64,000 nt of DNA from a phage. Made by a program: the position numbers and the translations under genes. The stretch lies in sequence record PZ452595.1; one strand, given 5' to 3'. This document shows, piece after piece, positions 30,797 through 42,088 of this stretch (the first letter of the stretch is position 1; each line of letters starts with the position of its first letter). The notes under the pieces are model-generated. The model had not been told where the DNA came from and made no database searches. It saw only the letters and a list, made by a program, of their open reading frames with translations.

Positions 30797-30989
30797 TGCT
30801 TATAATTTCAACATCAGCCCAATGACCATAGCAAGGAAGACGAAATTCAACTGGCCAGTTAGGGTCCTTTTCTAATATAATAGACTCAACTTGTGGTTCT
30901 TCGTGTTCATCAGTATACGGATTTTTATCTGTTACTTTATATGTGACCTTAATGTACTGAATTCCAAAAATCTTATTAATTATATTCAT
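30783..30989 (-). CDS. Hypothetical protein
   Basis: 68 aa ORF in the 30.x early cluster. Confidence 0.5.
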   Translation of the reverse strand: MNIINKIFGIQYIKVTYKVTDKNPYTDEHEEPQVESIILEKDPNWPVEFRLPCYGHWADVEIISIENV

Positions 30990-31183
30990 ACTAATTCCTT
31001 TAATCCGTAGATAGGAGATAATTCATCGCCCATATGAAGGTCTTCATTTCCATCTACCCAAGAAACAATATAAGCCTCTTTTACTTGAACATCTCCCAAT
31101 TTAAATGCGGGTAAAACCTTAGAAATTAATCCAGGTATACCAACTCCCTTTAATTCAACGGTTTGACCTAAAAAGAATTTCAT
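30986..31183 (-). CDS. Hypothetical protein
   Basis: 65 aa ORF in the 30.x early cluster. Confidence 0.5.
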   Translation of the reverse strand: MKFFLGQTVELKGVGIPGLISKVLPAFKLGDVQVKEAYIVSWVDGNEDLHMGDELSPIYGLKELV

Positions 31184-31470
31184 TAGAACCTCATCTGAAA
31201 CCCATGTGATTTAACATTACCGCCATTAATATCAGAACTATTAATTTCGCGTGCAATTGAGGGATCAATGTCAATTTCACGATTGAGTTTAGCGATAGCT
31301 AGAGTATCACGCCCATTTACAGTACGAAACTCTAAAGGGCAGACTGCATTAACATAGTTTTTAATCGATTCACTGGTAGGTTGCAAATGAGCAGGAAGGT
31401 CTTTAGGCGCCTTAGAGAAAACCACTTCACAGAAATTTTTGCGGGTATCAAAATAAGTAGTCATAAACAT
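31183..31470 (-). CDS. Hypothetical protein
   Basis: Track ORF 31183..31521 runs through a terminator hairpin; the ATG at 31470 with SD GAGGAAA gives 95 aa. Confidence 0.55.
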   Translation of the reverse strand: MFMTTYFDTRKNFCEVVFSKAPKDLPAHLQPTSESIKNYVNAVCPLEFRTVNGRDTLAIAKLNREIDIDPSIAREINSSDINGGNVKSHGFQMRF

Positions 31471-31486
31471 AGTATTTTCCTCAGTA

Positions 31487-31502
31487 AGGGGCCGAAGCCC
31501 CT
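31487..31502 (-). terminator. Terminator hairpin (aggggc-UUCG-gcccct), identical to the hoc terminator
   Basis: Same 16-mer as 10970..10985, just after the stop of the upstream ORF. Confidence 0.55.
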
Positions 31503-31510
31503 GTTTTATT

Positions 31511-31876
31511 TTAAATATCAAATTCGTTAAGAACTACATCAAAGATTGCTTCAAGATGCTCAGGTTTAGCTCTGTTACTCAAAATATGACGAATCCAAGT
31601 TTTAACCAGAAGCTTACGATTGACGCCATTCCAGCAAGGATGAGTCCCTAAATCACGTTGACGAAAATCATCATCTAATGCGATTTTAAAAGAAGAACCT
31701 TCTTTCGTGATTGAAACCGTGATGCCATTTTCAAATCGCATATAAACGTAGTTAGGAGTCATATACTGTTCAATTTCGCATACTGATCCATTTTGATGTT
31801 TCCAAAGGCAGATAGTATCAATAGAACCTGCAATACCGTTAGAAACATATTTACGTTCAAAGTTGATGTAGTTCAT
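31511..31876 (-). CDS. Hypothetical protein
   Basis: 121 aa ORF. Confidence 0.6.
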   Translation of the reverse strand: MNYINFERKYVSNGIAGSIDTICLWKHQNGSVCEIEQYMTPNYVYMRFENGITVSITKEGSSFKIALDDDFRQRDLGTHPCWNGVNRKLLVKTWIRHILSNRAKPEHLEAIFDVVLNEFDI

Positions 31877-31944
31877 TTTTATTCTCCGAGATGTTTAATT
31901 GCGGTACAGATATATAATATCATATCTTGTACCAAAGTAAACAA

Positions 31945-32277
31945 TTATTTTACTACTTTCCAATGCTTCATGTCAAGTTTACCAACTTTTTTCATCTTCT
32001 CAATTAAGCGTTCGGCATGTTGGCGAGCTGTAACATAATACCATTCACCTAATTCATTTTGTTCAATTTTTCCAACGATTACTGTATTCAATTCATAAAT
32101 CCAACCAGTAAAGAAATTATGAACTTGGATTGTAAAGGTGAAATCTGTTCCCATACCTTCTGTTGTTTCTACTTCAATAATATCACCTTCAACTGCCATT
32201 AAGAACCACATAGTTTCATCATATTTACCATTGAAGCATTTAGTTTTAACTGTAGCGTTCAGATTAATCGTTTTCAT
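31945..32277 (-). CDS. Hypothetical protein
   Basis: 110 aa ORF with putative early promoter upstream. Confidence 0.6.
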   Translation of the reverse strand: MKTINLNATVKTKCFNGKYDETMWFLMAVEGDIIEVETTEGMGTDFTFTIQVHNFFTGWIYELNTVIVGKIEQNELGEWYYVTARQHAERLIEKMKKVGKLDMKHWKVVK

Positions 32278-32304
32278 TTTATTCTCCTTTGTTTGTGTAA
32301 GATA

Positions 32305-32334
32305 ATACTATCACAAAGGAACCGTACTGTAAAC
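32305..32334 (-). promoter_or_regulatory. Putative sigma70-type early promoter
   Basis: On the - strand: GTTTAC (plus 32329..32334), 18-bp spacer, TGA-TAGTAT (plus 32305..32310); same architecture as the duplicated cassette. Confidence 0.4.
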
Positions 32335-32363
32335 AACTTTGTGCAATCTTTGGAAAATAAAAA

Positions 32364-32383
32364 AGGACTCCCGAAGGAGTCCT
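32364..32383 (-). terminator. Strong Rho-independent terminator (AGGACUCC-UUCG-GGAGUCCU then U-run on the - strand)
   Basis: Perfect 8-bp GC-rich stem, tetraloop and T-tract just after the stop at 32388. Confidence 0.75.
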
Positions 32384-32387
32384 CAAC

Positions 32388-32564
32388 TTATGCTTTCTGC
32401 TTACCAAAACGAGAAGCATCATCTCGAAGAACCGCACGTGCTCGGCGCATGATCTTCTCAACAGTTTGATTGATACGAGAGTTCGACCCACGCTTGTAAC
32501 CAGCGCGTTTAGAATCACCAACTTTCTTTTCAACTGCTTTCTTTGCTTTAGCTTGTTTTGCCAT
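32388..32564 (-). CDS. Small basic protein
   Basis: Track ORF 32388..32606; ATG at 32564 gives 58 aa (MAKQAKAKKAVEKK...), lysine/arginine-rich. Confidence 0.5.
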   Translation of the reverse strand: MAKQAKAKKAVEKKVGDSKRAGYKRGSNSRINQTVEKIMRRARAVLRDDASRFGKQKA

Positions 32565-32852
32565 TATAAATTCTCTTTTAAATGAAAATGCAGGACTTAT
32601 TGGCATTGCCTGCGCAAGCCCTCAAGGGGAACATAGGTTTTGAATATTTACCGACAGGATAACCATAAACCTCGTCAACATACCACCAAGACTTACACAG
32701 ATAACACTTTTCTGACGCATGATAGTAACATTCAAGAGGTACACCATAAAACTGCCGGGGTCTTAAAACTATAATGATTCGCAAATCATTAATCAGACAG
32801 TTCGATGGCTCCTCGATTTTAGCTCACACTAAGGCAGTGAATCTCCAATAAA

Positions 32853-33101
32853 TTACTTCAGTGTTACCACAAAGTGACGAACTGCTTTTCGTGCAGCAGA
32901 AGCCAAAGGCTTAGCATATTTAAGTTCATCTTTTTCCTGAAGCTCAGCAGCTAATGCAGTTTGAGCAGGATTCAGATGTTTGAAATAACGCAGGATTTCA
33001 AGAGCTTCGGCTTCAACATCAATAGATGCGCCATAGTTTTCGTGACCATTATTCCATGCGTTTCGTTGCAGTTCAAGAGCGTGTTGTAATTGTTTAATCA
33101 T
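32853..33101 (-). CDS. rIII: rIII lysis inhibition accessory protein
   Basis: 82 aa, same length and position as T4 rIII. Confidence 0.8.
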   Translation of the reverse strand: MIKQLQHALELQRNAWNNGHENYGASIDVEAEALEILRYFKHLNPAQTALAAELQEKDELKYAKPLASAARKAVRHFVVTLK

Positions 33102-33240
33102 TTAAAAATTCTCGTTAGAGATTAAAACTCGGTAGTCACGTTCTTCTGAATTTCATCTTCTTTCGACAGATCTCTCAGTTGTAGACTACCACATAGAATT
33201 GTTCGGTTAACTTATTATTCCGACACCCAATTCATATTAT

Positions 33241-33248
33241 TATTTATA
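33241..33248 (-). promoter_or_regulatory. T4 late promoter motif TATAAATA upstream of rIII
   Basis: Reverse complement of TATAAATA in the gene 31-rIII intergenic region. Confidence 0.35.
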
Positions 33249-33584
33249 TCACTTATAAAGACACGGAATAGCTTTATAGTGACAGGTAACGAATTTTTGT
33301 TTAATTTCTTTTGGCTGCTTAAGACCCAGAGCTACAAAAGGATGCGGAACATTTCGAATTTGACCAACTGGAAGAGAAGTCAAATCACCAACTTCGCAGA
33401 AACCTTCAGGAACATCAGGACCGACAGAGTGAACTACACACAGTTCAGGAACTTCACCTTGGACACGTTTACCGATAATAAGTCCTGATTCTGTAACTTC
33501 TTCATCACCCGCCTGTGCGGGTTCAGAAACTAAAATAACATATTCACCGACAGCACGAATTGGTAGCTGTTGTACTTCAGACAT
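33249..33584 (-). CDS. 31: Head assembly co-chaperonin gp31 (GroES-like)
   Basis: 111 aa, same length as T4 gp31. Confidence 0.93.
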
Positions 33585-33614
33585 TGTTTTTCCTTTTTGT
33601 TAACAGATGAATTA

Positions 33615-33639
33615 ATAATAACAAATAATTCTTAAAGCA
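33615..33639 (-). promoter_or_regulatory. Putative MotA-dependent middle promoter for gene 31
   Basis: On the - strand: exact MotA box TGCTTTA (plus 33633..33639), 12-bp spacer, -10 TATTAT, then SD AAGGAAA before the gene 31 ATG. Confidence 0.5.
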
Positions 33640-33640
33640 T

Positions 33641-33949
33641 TTATTTACCAATAAATTGAAGCAAATGCTCAACTTTCATACCATTAACGGAAATCAATTT
33701 GTCAATAGAAAAACCTCGCCATGCACCAAGCTCAACATCAAATACTGGAATCATATCAGTAGATTCTTTCCGAGTAGATTCAGTTAATTTACCAGTTTGC
33801 ATGGTTGGCATAAAGTCTGCGTCACGAGTACCTTTCATAGTACGAATAGTACCATCAGACTTTTCAAAAACTACGTTTGAAACACCCATGGACAATTTAG
33901 TTTTCAAAATTTCACGAATTGCTACTTTCTGCTCAGTTGTCAGTTTCAT
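33641..33949 (-). CDS. Hypothetical protein (position of T4 31.1)
   Basis: 102 aa ORF. Confidence 0.6.
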   Translation of the reverse strand: MKLTTEQKVAIREILKTKLSMGVSNVVFEKSDGTIRTMKGTRDADFMPTMQTGKLTESTRKESTDMIPVFDVELGAWRGFSIDKLISVNGMKVEHLLQFIGK

Positions 33950-34189
33950 TTATTTACCTATCACAGTTTTAATATGAGTTGTTCCACGTTCTTTAAGGGT
34001 GGAAAGTAATTTTTGGCATTTTTCTAAATCAGATTTCCAACTATATGGTCTATCAATACTAGTCCAATCAGTTTTATAATACTGTTTCCATTTAGAGAAA
34101 AAATATTTCTTATACTCTACAGCAAATGAGATGTTCTCATTAGAATAAGAACTAATTGCTGTGAGCTTTACCAAACGAAATTTCATCAT
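33950..34189 (-). CDS. Hypothetical protein (position of T4 31.2)
   Basis: 79 aa ORF. Confidence 0.55.
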   Translation of the reverse strand: MMKFRLVKLTAISSYSNENISFAVEYKKYFFSKWKQYYKTDWTSIDRPYSWKSDLEKCQKLLSTLKERGTTHIKTVIGK

Positions 34190-34767
34190 TCACCACAGAA
34201 TTCGTTGATATTTTCCCAGTTTAACTTATTCAAGTTTTTCTTAGGAACATTAAACACTTCAATACCTGCATTTCGCAAAATATCATCCCAACCAGGTTTA
34301 TTTTTGTCGTATGTTTCGCAATAAACTAGTTTTTTAATTCCAGATTGAGCTATCGCTTTTGCGCAATCCGGACATGGAGAAAGTGTTACATACATAGTAG
34401 CACCTTCAATAGAAGAACCATTTCGTGCAGCAAACAAAATTGCATTTAGTTCAGCATGAATTTCATTTTTAGATGACCATTCCGAGTGAGCGCTGCGGTG
34501 TTCTTTCGCCAAGACAAAACGATCAGTTGAACCAAATGATACACATTCAGGCTTATGACCTTGAATGATAGTATGTTTAGGCTTATTCAATAACCAACCT
34601 TGCTCAGCAGCATAATCACAACAGTTCACACCCCCTGCGGGTGAACCATTATACCCAGTAGAAATAATACGCCCATTCTTTTCAATTACTGCTCCTACCT
34701 TCCAGGAGCAACATTTTGATTCCTGCGATACTAAATATGCAATTTGAAGTACTGTACTCGCTTTCAT
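34186..34767 (-). CDS. cd: dCMP deaminase
   Basis: 193 aa, same length as T4 Cd; zinc-deaminase motifs HAE and PCxxC (IHAELNA, SPCPDCAKAI). Confidence 0.93.
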   Translation of the reverse strand: MKASTVLQIAYLVSQESKCCSWKVGAVIEKNGRIISTGYNGSPAGGVNCCDYAAEQGWLLNKPKHTIIQGHKPECVSFGSTDRFVLAKEHRSAHSEWSSKNEIHAELNAILFAARNGSSIEGATMYVTLSPCPDCAKAIAQSGIKKLVYCETYDKNKPGWDDILRNAGIEVFNVPKKNLNKLNWENINEFCGE

Positions 34768-35102
34768 TTCATAATCACCAGATAAGCAGATTTAGCAGTT
34801 TCAACACGATAAATTTCGTGACGAAGTTTAGTTATACTTTTAATAACAGAACTAATTATATTCTGCCCATCTTTAAAGCGGTTTTTCTTATCAATAAAAA
34901 CTGCGCCAACCATCTTTTTGTGAAGCTCAACTGGATACTTCGTCACAATAATAGCATCATACACAGAAGGATGAATACTATTCACCAGAGTATCATTCAT
35001 TAAAGTTATTCTAATGAACTGTGCTGTTTCAGAATCAAGCGCTCTATGATCGCCAGTATCATTTTCAAGACAATTATCAATTATATCAGTTAAATTCATC
35101 AT
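34764..35102 (-). CDS. Hypothetical protein (cd.1 position)
   Basis: 112 aa ORF. Confidence 0.55.
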   Translation of the reverse strand: MMNLTDIIDNCLENDTGDHRALDSETAQFIRITLMNDTLVNSIHPSVYDAIIVTKYPVELHKKMVGAVFIDKKNRFKDGQNIISSVIKSITKLRHEIYRVETAKSAYLVIMK

Positions 35103-35338
35103 AGTACGCCATACACCCTTTGTGCTTCAACTAATCCATCAAAATCCAGTTTAAGATGCGATATTTGATCGCCATCACCTGGATTTACAATTACTAATAC
35201 TGAACGAGGAGTTTCGGTAATAACACGAACCGATGTTTCAGGAAATCGTTCAGAAACCTTATTTACCAATTCCTGTGCAAATAGCTTAACTTTTTCTTGG
35301 AATTCTTTAACAGTAATTGGTTTTTCACTTAGCAGCAT
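35099..35338 (-). CDS. Hypothetical protein (cd.2 position)
   Basis: 79 aa ORF. Confidence 0.55.
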   Translation of the reverse strand: MLLSEKPITVKEFQEKVKLFAQELVNKVSERFPETSVRVITETPRSVLVIVNPGDGDQISHLKLDFDGLVEAQRVYGVL

Positions 35339-35859
35339 GTTGATCCCAGCTCCTTACTTTCAACGTTTTTAACTAATTTGACAGAAACTAATTCAGCATC
35401 TTGAGTAATCATTACCGGACCTTCTTCATACTCTTCAAGATATTCTAGAGCTTTCTTTTTAGCTTCTTCCTTCGTATCAGTTTGAGCATAGATATAAAAC
35501 ATACAACCAGTAATACCTACTACTTTCCACTTAATTTCTTTATCAGCTTTAATTTCAAATTTACTGACAGAATCATCTTTTTGAACTTCTTCGAAAAAAG
35601 AATATTCTAACATATAAGCAATTGAAAATAACGGGCTAACTTTATAGGATTCGCCCATTACATCAACAGCTTTATACCAGCAGTCATCAATTTCGCGTTT
35701 AATGCTAATAACATTTTTCGCAGGATCTATTTTTACTTTAAATGAATTTTCCCCAATAAACTGGGCAATTCGTTTATTAGCCCCGCAAGTTTCATTAAAA
35801 ATATCTTTATATCCAGTTTTAAAGCGATAAACCTTATCTTCTTCAAACCATTCGCTCAT
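35329..35859 (-). CDS. Hypothetical protein (cd.3 position)
   Basis: 176 aa ORF. Confidence 0.6.
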   Translation of the reverse strand: MSEWFEEDKVYRFKTGYKDIFNETCGANKRIAQFIGENSFKVKIDPAKNVISIKREIDDCWYKAVDVMGESYKVSPLFSIAYMLEYSFFEEVQKDDSVSKFEIKADKEIKWKVVGITGCMFYIYAQTDTKEEAKKKALEYLEEYEEGPVMITQDAELVSVKLVKNVESKELGSTCC

Positions 35860-35921
35860 TTCAATTTCCTCATTTGTTTTGGTAGAGCTATAATATCACA
35901 ACTCTACCGTAAAGTAAACCA

Positions 35922-36197
35922 TTAAATCGCTTTGAATTCCGCAGTTTGAGATTCAAAGCGAATGTCGCCTTTGATAACTAGCTCAGCATCAAGACCAAAT
36001 ACGACAATGATATGCGCGGAACCTGGATACAGTGTAATGGCAATAGAATCCACCTGGTCTGGAAGCAAAGTGTTCAATACATGAGTCACTTGAGCATGGA
36101 TTCGAAGCTCAGCTGCGTTATCAAGTTTTTCAAACATATTATTAGCGATAATTTGGCTAAACACTACTTCTACGATTTTAGAGTAAGTCGGAAACAT
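35922..36197 (-). CDS. Hypothetical protein (cd.4 position)
   Basis: 91 aa ORF. Confidence 0.55.
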   Translation of the reverse strand: MFPTYSKIVEVVFSQIIANNMFEKLDNAAELRIHAQVTHVLNTLLPDQVDSIAITLYPGSAHIIVVFGLDAELVIKGDIRFESQTAEFKAI

Positions 36198-36199
36198 AT

Positions 36200-36400
36200 T
36201 TACCTCACATAATTTTCTTCAAGCCAATCAATAACATCCAACGCATTATCAAAAGTTGAACCATCTACTCTGTCTTCTGTTTCATAATCAAGAACATCTA
36301 GGCCTACTCTTCCGTCAACAATAGGCCATAGACAAAATAGATATTTCTTTTCTTTTTCAATTTTATCACAAAGACGATAAATCTTTTCTAGGTTATTCAT
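36200..36400 (-). CDS. Hypothetical protein (cd.5 position)
   Basis: 66 aa ORF. Confidence 0.5.
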   Translation of the reverse strand: MNNLEKIYRLCDKIEKEKKYLFCLWPIVDGRVGLDVLDYETEDRVDGSTFDNALDVIDWLEENYVR

Positions 36401-36589
36401 AAGTTTTCCATGGTAAAGGCAGTTTAGTTTTCTTTACTACTAGTTCAACATCAGGATTCTTTTCTCTTAATTTAAGACATTCCTCCCATGCTCTATTTTC
36501 ACTAGTAAATACACAAAATTGCCCATTACTAGTACCAACTAAACCGCTATTTACAATAACAATAGCCCAAGTTTCATGATGCCAAGCCA

Positions 36590-36590
<1 letters not shown>
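36393..36590 (-). CDS. Hypothetical protein downstream of pseT
   Basis: Track ORF 36393..36620; the ATG at 36590 forms a TAATG overlap with the pseT stop, giving 65 aa. Confidence 0.45.
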
Positions 36591-37808
<1,218 letters not shown>

Positions 37809-37812
<4 letters not shown>

Positions 37813-38039
37813 TTATTTTTCTCAACCAATGATTGAATATAATCATGCAGGTCTTTAGATGCTTTACCCCACTTATTTTGATATTCATTTTTGAGATTAG
37901 CACGTGATTGAGCTAATAAAACATCATTAGTTGGAGGTAAAGATTCTAACCGCTGAATCTGGCGTCCATAAATCATTGCAGCCATCTCGGATTCATAAAT
38001 CAATCCTTTGAGATGTTCAAATTGATGCCATGAAATCAT
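37809..38039 (-). CDS. Hypothetical protein (pseT.2 position)
   Basis: 76 aa ORF. Confidence 0.55.
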
Positions 38040-38335
38040 TTACATTTATCCTCTTTTAACTCTTGGCGATAATAACATATCATAGTTTTCTGGTCATGTA
38101 CATATCGTTTTACATCATTAAGCCAAATACGAAATTCCTGGGAATCTTCAAATTGCATACCGACCCAAGCTTTACCATCAATAACTTTAACTTGCCAAGA
38201 TAGTTTAGCTTCGTCATATGACTTTATTTGTACAGGCCAATTAGGATGAACTGTTTCTTTCTTTACTTCTAGAGGCTTTGTCGAACAACCAACTAGAAGA
38301 CCAATAGATAATATTACTGCTGATAGTTTAATCAT
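38036..38335 (-). CDS. Putative lipoprotein (pseT.3 position)
   Basis: 99 aa; N-terminal signal peptide with lipobox LVGC (MIKLSAVILSIGLLVGCS). Confidence 0.6.
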   Translation of the reverse strand: MIKLSAVILSIGLLVGCSTKPLEVKKETVHPNWPVQIKSYDEAKLSWQVKVIDGKAWVGMQFEDSQEFRIWLNDVKRYVHDQKTMICYYRQELKEDKCK

Positions 38336-38685
38336 TTAGAAAGGTCCTGGATGTCTTCTGCGAACTTGTTGAAGGAGTTGTTAATTTGTTTTTCAACCAA
38401 TCCTGGCTTATGAGCCACCACATCCGCCTTCTTTGCGTCTTTGCGCAGTTTTTCATTTTCACGCTCAATAGCAGCAATTGCCTCACGATTTTTATTATTC
38501 ATCGCATCAATATAATTATACTGAATTCGCAAATTATTTAATGCTAAAGCGTTTTCATTGGCTGTTTTTGTAATTTCAGTAACTGATGTTTCTAATCTTT
38601 CTACCTTATTTTTTAAAATAATAGATGTTCCGCCAAATGCTATTACAAGTAATAGCAATCCAGCTGTAAAATTACTTACATGCAT
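38332..38685 (-). CDS. Putative single-pass membrane protein with coiled-coil
   Basis: 117 aa; hydrophobic N-terminal helix (GLLLLVIAFGGTSIIL) then charged coiled-coil-like region. Confidence 0.55.
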   Translation of the reverse strand: MHVSNFTAGLLLLVIAFGGTSIILKNKVERLETSVTEITKTANENALALNNLRIQYNYIDAMNNKNREAIAAIERENEKLRKDAKKADVVAHKPGLVEKQINNSFNKFAEDIQDLSK

Positions 38686-39182
38686 AAAGTTTTAATAACC
38701 TCTATAATATCGTCTTGAGAAAGACCGTTAATTAAAATATGATGTTCAGCTGGAGATTTAGAAATTTTAAAGCATGCCTCAACATCTTCTGCCATATCCG
38801 ATGCACTACGATTTGGATTACTAATACCAAGGCGGTGTTTTCCCGTCAAAGGATTAACGATGATATAGCATTTGCAGCTATTGATATGAACATTGGGTTG
38901 AGTCTGATTAATGAACACTTCACAATCATACTTAGCGAGTTGATTTTCTAAAAAGACTTTCATCTCTTCAACCGCATCAGGAAGCATATCACGGGCTTGC
39001 TCAAGACGACGATTTCGATATTCTTTAATGGTCGTTTTCCGCTTGACTTGTTTAGCTAAATCTTTCTTAAGATCAGTGATATATCCAACTCGACGATTTC
39101 CTTTGAATACAGAAATCCCATCTGTAGTATCACCGTATGCTTCAACGACCATTTCAGTAGTAATAAGCTGCAAATCCATCAT
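38676..39182 (-). CDS. alc: Alc, inhibitor of host transcription
   Basis: About 167 aa, same length and position as T4 Alc; preceded by the early promoter cassette. Confidence 0.85.
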   Translation of the reverse strand: MMDLQLITTEMVVEAYGDTTDGISVFKGNRRVGYITDLKKDLAKQVKRKTTIKEYRNRRLEQARDMLPDAVEEMKVFLENQLAKYDCEVFINQTQPNVHINSCKCYIIVNPLTGKHRLGISNPNRSASDMAEDVEACFKISKSPAEHHILINGLSQDDIIEVIKTLCM

Positions 39183-39186
39183 AAAG

Positions 39187-39240
39187 TCCTCATGTTATGT
39201 TAGTAAGACTACTATAACACAACACGAGGGACTTGTAAAC
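39187..39240 (-). promoter_or_regulatory. Early promoter plus 5' UTR cassette, copy 2
   Basis: Near-identical 54-bp copy (1 mismatch) of 23325..23378, ending in GAGGA SD before the alc ATG. Confidence 0.5.
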
Positions 39241-39243
39241 AGC

Positions 39244-40831
<1,588 letters not shown>

Positions 40832-40838
40832 AATAAAA

Positions 40839-40852
40839 TGGGCCTTGCGGCC
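40839..40852 (-). other. Hairpin (GGGCC-GCAA-GGCCC on the - strand) in the denA leader
   Basis: GC stem between an upstream GGAG and the AUUUUAUU-AUG start of denA; terminator and/or translational structure. Confidence 0.45.
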
Positions 40853-40858
40853 CACTCC

Positions 40859-42037
40859 TTAAAAGTATTTTTTAAAACTCATCATAACTTTATCATCAAC
40901 ATCATTATCAATCTGTGCAACAAGGTAAGATGACAGTTCTACTTCTTGTGGCGCGGATTGAACATTATCAGAATTAAGATATTCACGAATCCAAGGATAC
41001 GGATGTTTAACCGGAGCATCGGTAATTGGGCATGGAAGACCACACTGTTTCATACGAGATACAGTTAAGTAATCAATAAAGCTCCACATGCTATTTGTAT
41101 TTAATCCAGGAACATCGCCGTCTTTAAATAAATGAACTGCCCAATCTTTTTCTTGGCGGTTAACTTCCATGAAAATATCAACTGCTTCTTGTTCACACTC
41201 TTGAGCAATTTTAACCCATTCATCGCCATCAGTGCCAAGTTGAAGTTGACGAATAATATATTGAGTGCCTTTAAGGTGAAGCTGCTCATCACGTGCAATG
41301 AACTTCATAATCTTGGCATTACCTTCCATGATTTCCATGTTTTTATGGAAGTTAAAGGTACATGCGAAAGATACATAAAAACGAATAGCTTCCAATGCGT
41401 TGATTACATGCAAACAGAGGTAAAGAGATTTCATTAGCTCACGCTTCCAATATGTCTCATGCTCAATAGCATCTTCAATAACGTCTTCGTCTGCATTAAT
41501 TTCTTTTTGGTATTCGATATCAGCTTTAGCGTTTTCCCAATAACGAGTTTTAATCAGAACATCATCATAATAACGTCCAATGGATTCAGCACGTTTCATA
41601 ATAGCTTCATCTAATACAATTTCATCAAATACCTTCGATGGATCAGTATAAAGATTTCGCATGATATGTGTATATGAACGGCTGTGAATAGTTTCACTAA
41701 AAGTCCACGTAGCAACCCATGTATCAAGGCTTGGGTCTGAAATTAATGACATAAGTACAGCAGACGGCGCACGACCCTGAATGCTATCCAAAAGTGATTG
41801 ATACTTCAGATTATTAGTAAAAATATTTTGCTGATACTGAGGAAGCTTATTAAACTGTGCAGCATCCATCATCAAGTTTACTTCTTCAGGACGCCAGAAA
41901 AATGATAATTGCTTTTCGGTTAAATCTTCAAAAACTTTATGACGTTGAATATCATAACGCGCAATACCAAGACCTGAACCAAAAAACATAGGTTCTTTTA
42001 AAACATCAACTGGATTTGTATTAAAAACTGTGCTCAT
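40859..42037 (-). CDS. nrdB: Ribonucleotide reductase small subunit, uninterrupted
   Basis: 392 aa continuous ORF with the diiron/tyrosyl-radical family sequence; no intron-sized interruption. Confidence 0.93.
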   Translation of the reverse strand: MSTVFNTNPVDVLKEPMFFGSGLGIARYDIQRHKVFEDLTEKQLSFFWRPEEVNLMMDAAQFNKLPQYQQNIFTNNLKYQSLLDSIQGRAPSAVLMSLISDPSLDTWVATWTFSETIHSRSYTHIMRNLYTDPSKVFDEIVLDEAIMKRAESIGRYYDDVLIKTRYWENAKADIEYQKEINADEDVIEDAIEHETYWKRELMKSLYLCLHVINALEAIRFYVSFACTFNFHKNMEIMEGNAKIMKFIARDEQLHLKGTQYIIRQLQLGTDGDEWVKIAQECEQEAVDIFMEVNRQEKDWAVHLFKDGDVPGLNTNSMWSFIDYLTVSRMKQCGLPCPITDAPVKHPYPWIREYLNSDNVQSAPQEVELSSYLVAQIDNDVDDKVMMSFKKYF

Positions 42038-42063
42038 AAATTTTCCGCTTAGTTAATAGATAG

Positions 42064-42081
42064 TGACTCGTCCATGAGTCA
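42064..42081 (-). other. Hairpin in the nrdA-nrdB intercistronic region
   Basis: tgactc-gtccat-gagtca inverted repeat in a 51-bp intergenic spacer. Confidence 0.35.
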
Positions 42082-42088
42082 AATTATA

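Noticed and set aside
32279-32533. 84 aa ORF overlapping the small basic-protein gene in another frame
   Set aside because: Runs through the terminator hairpin and the promoter region; the 58 aa basic protein with SD/ATG is the better model.
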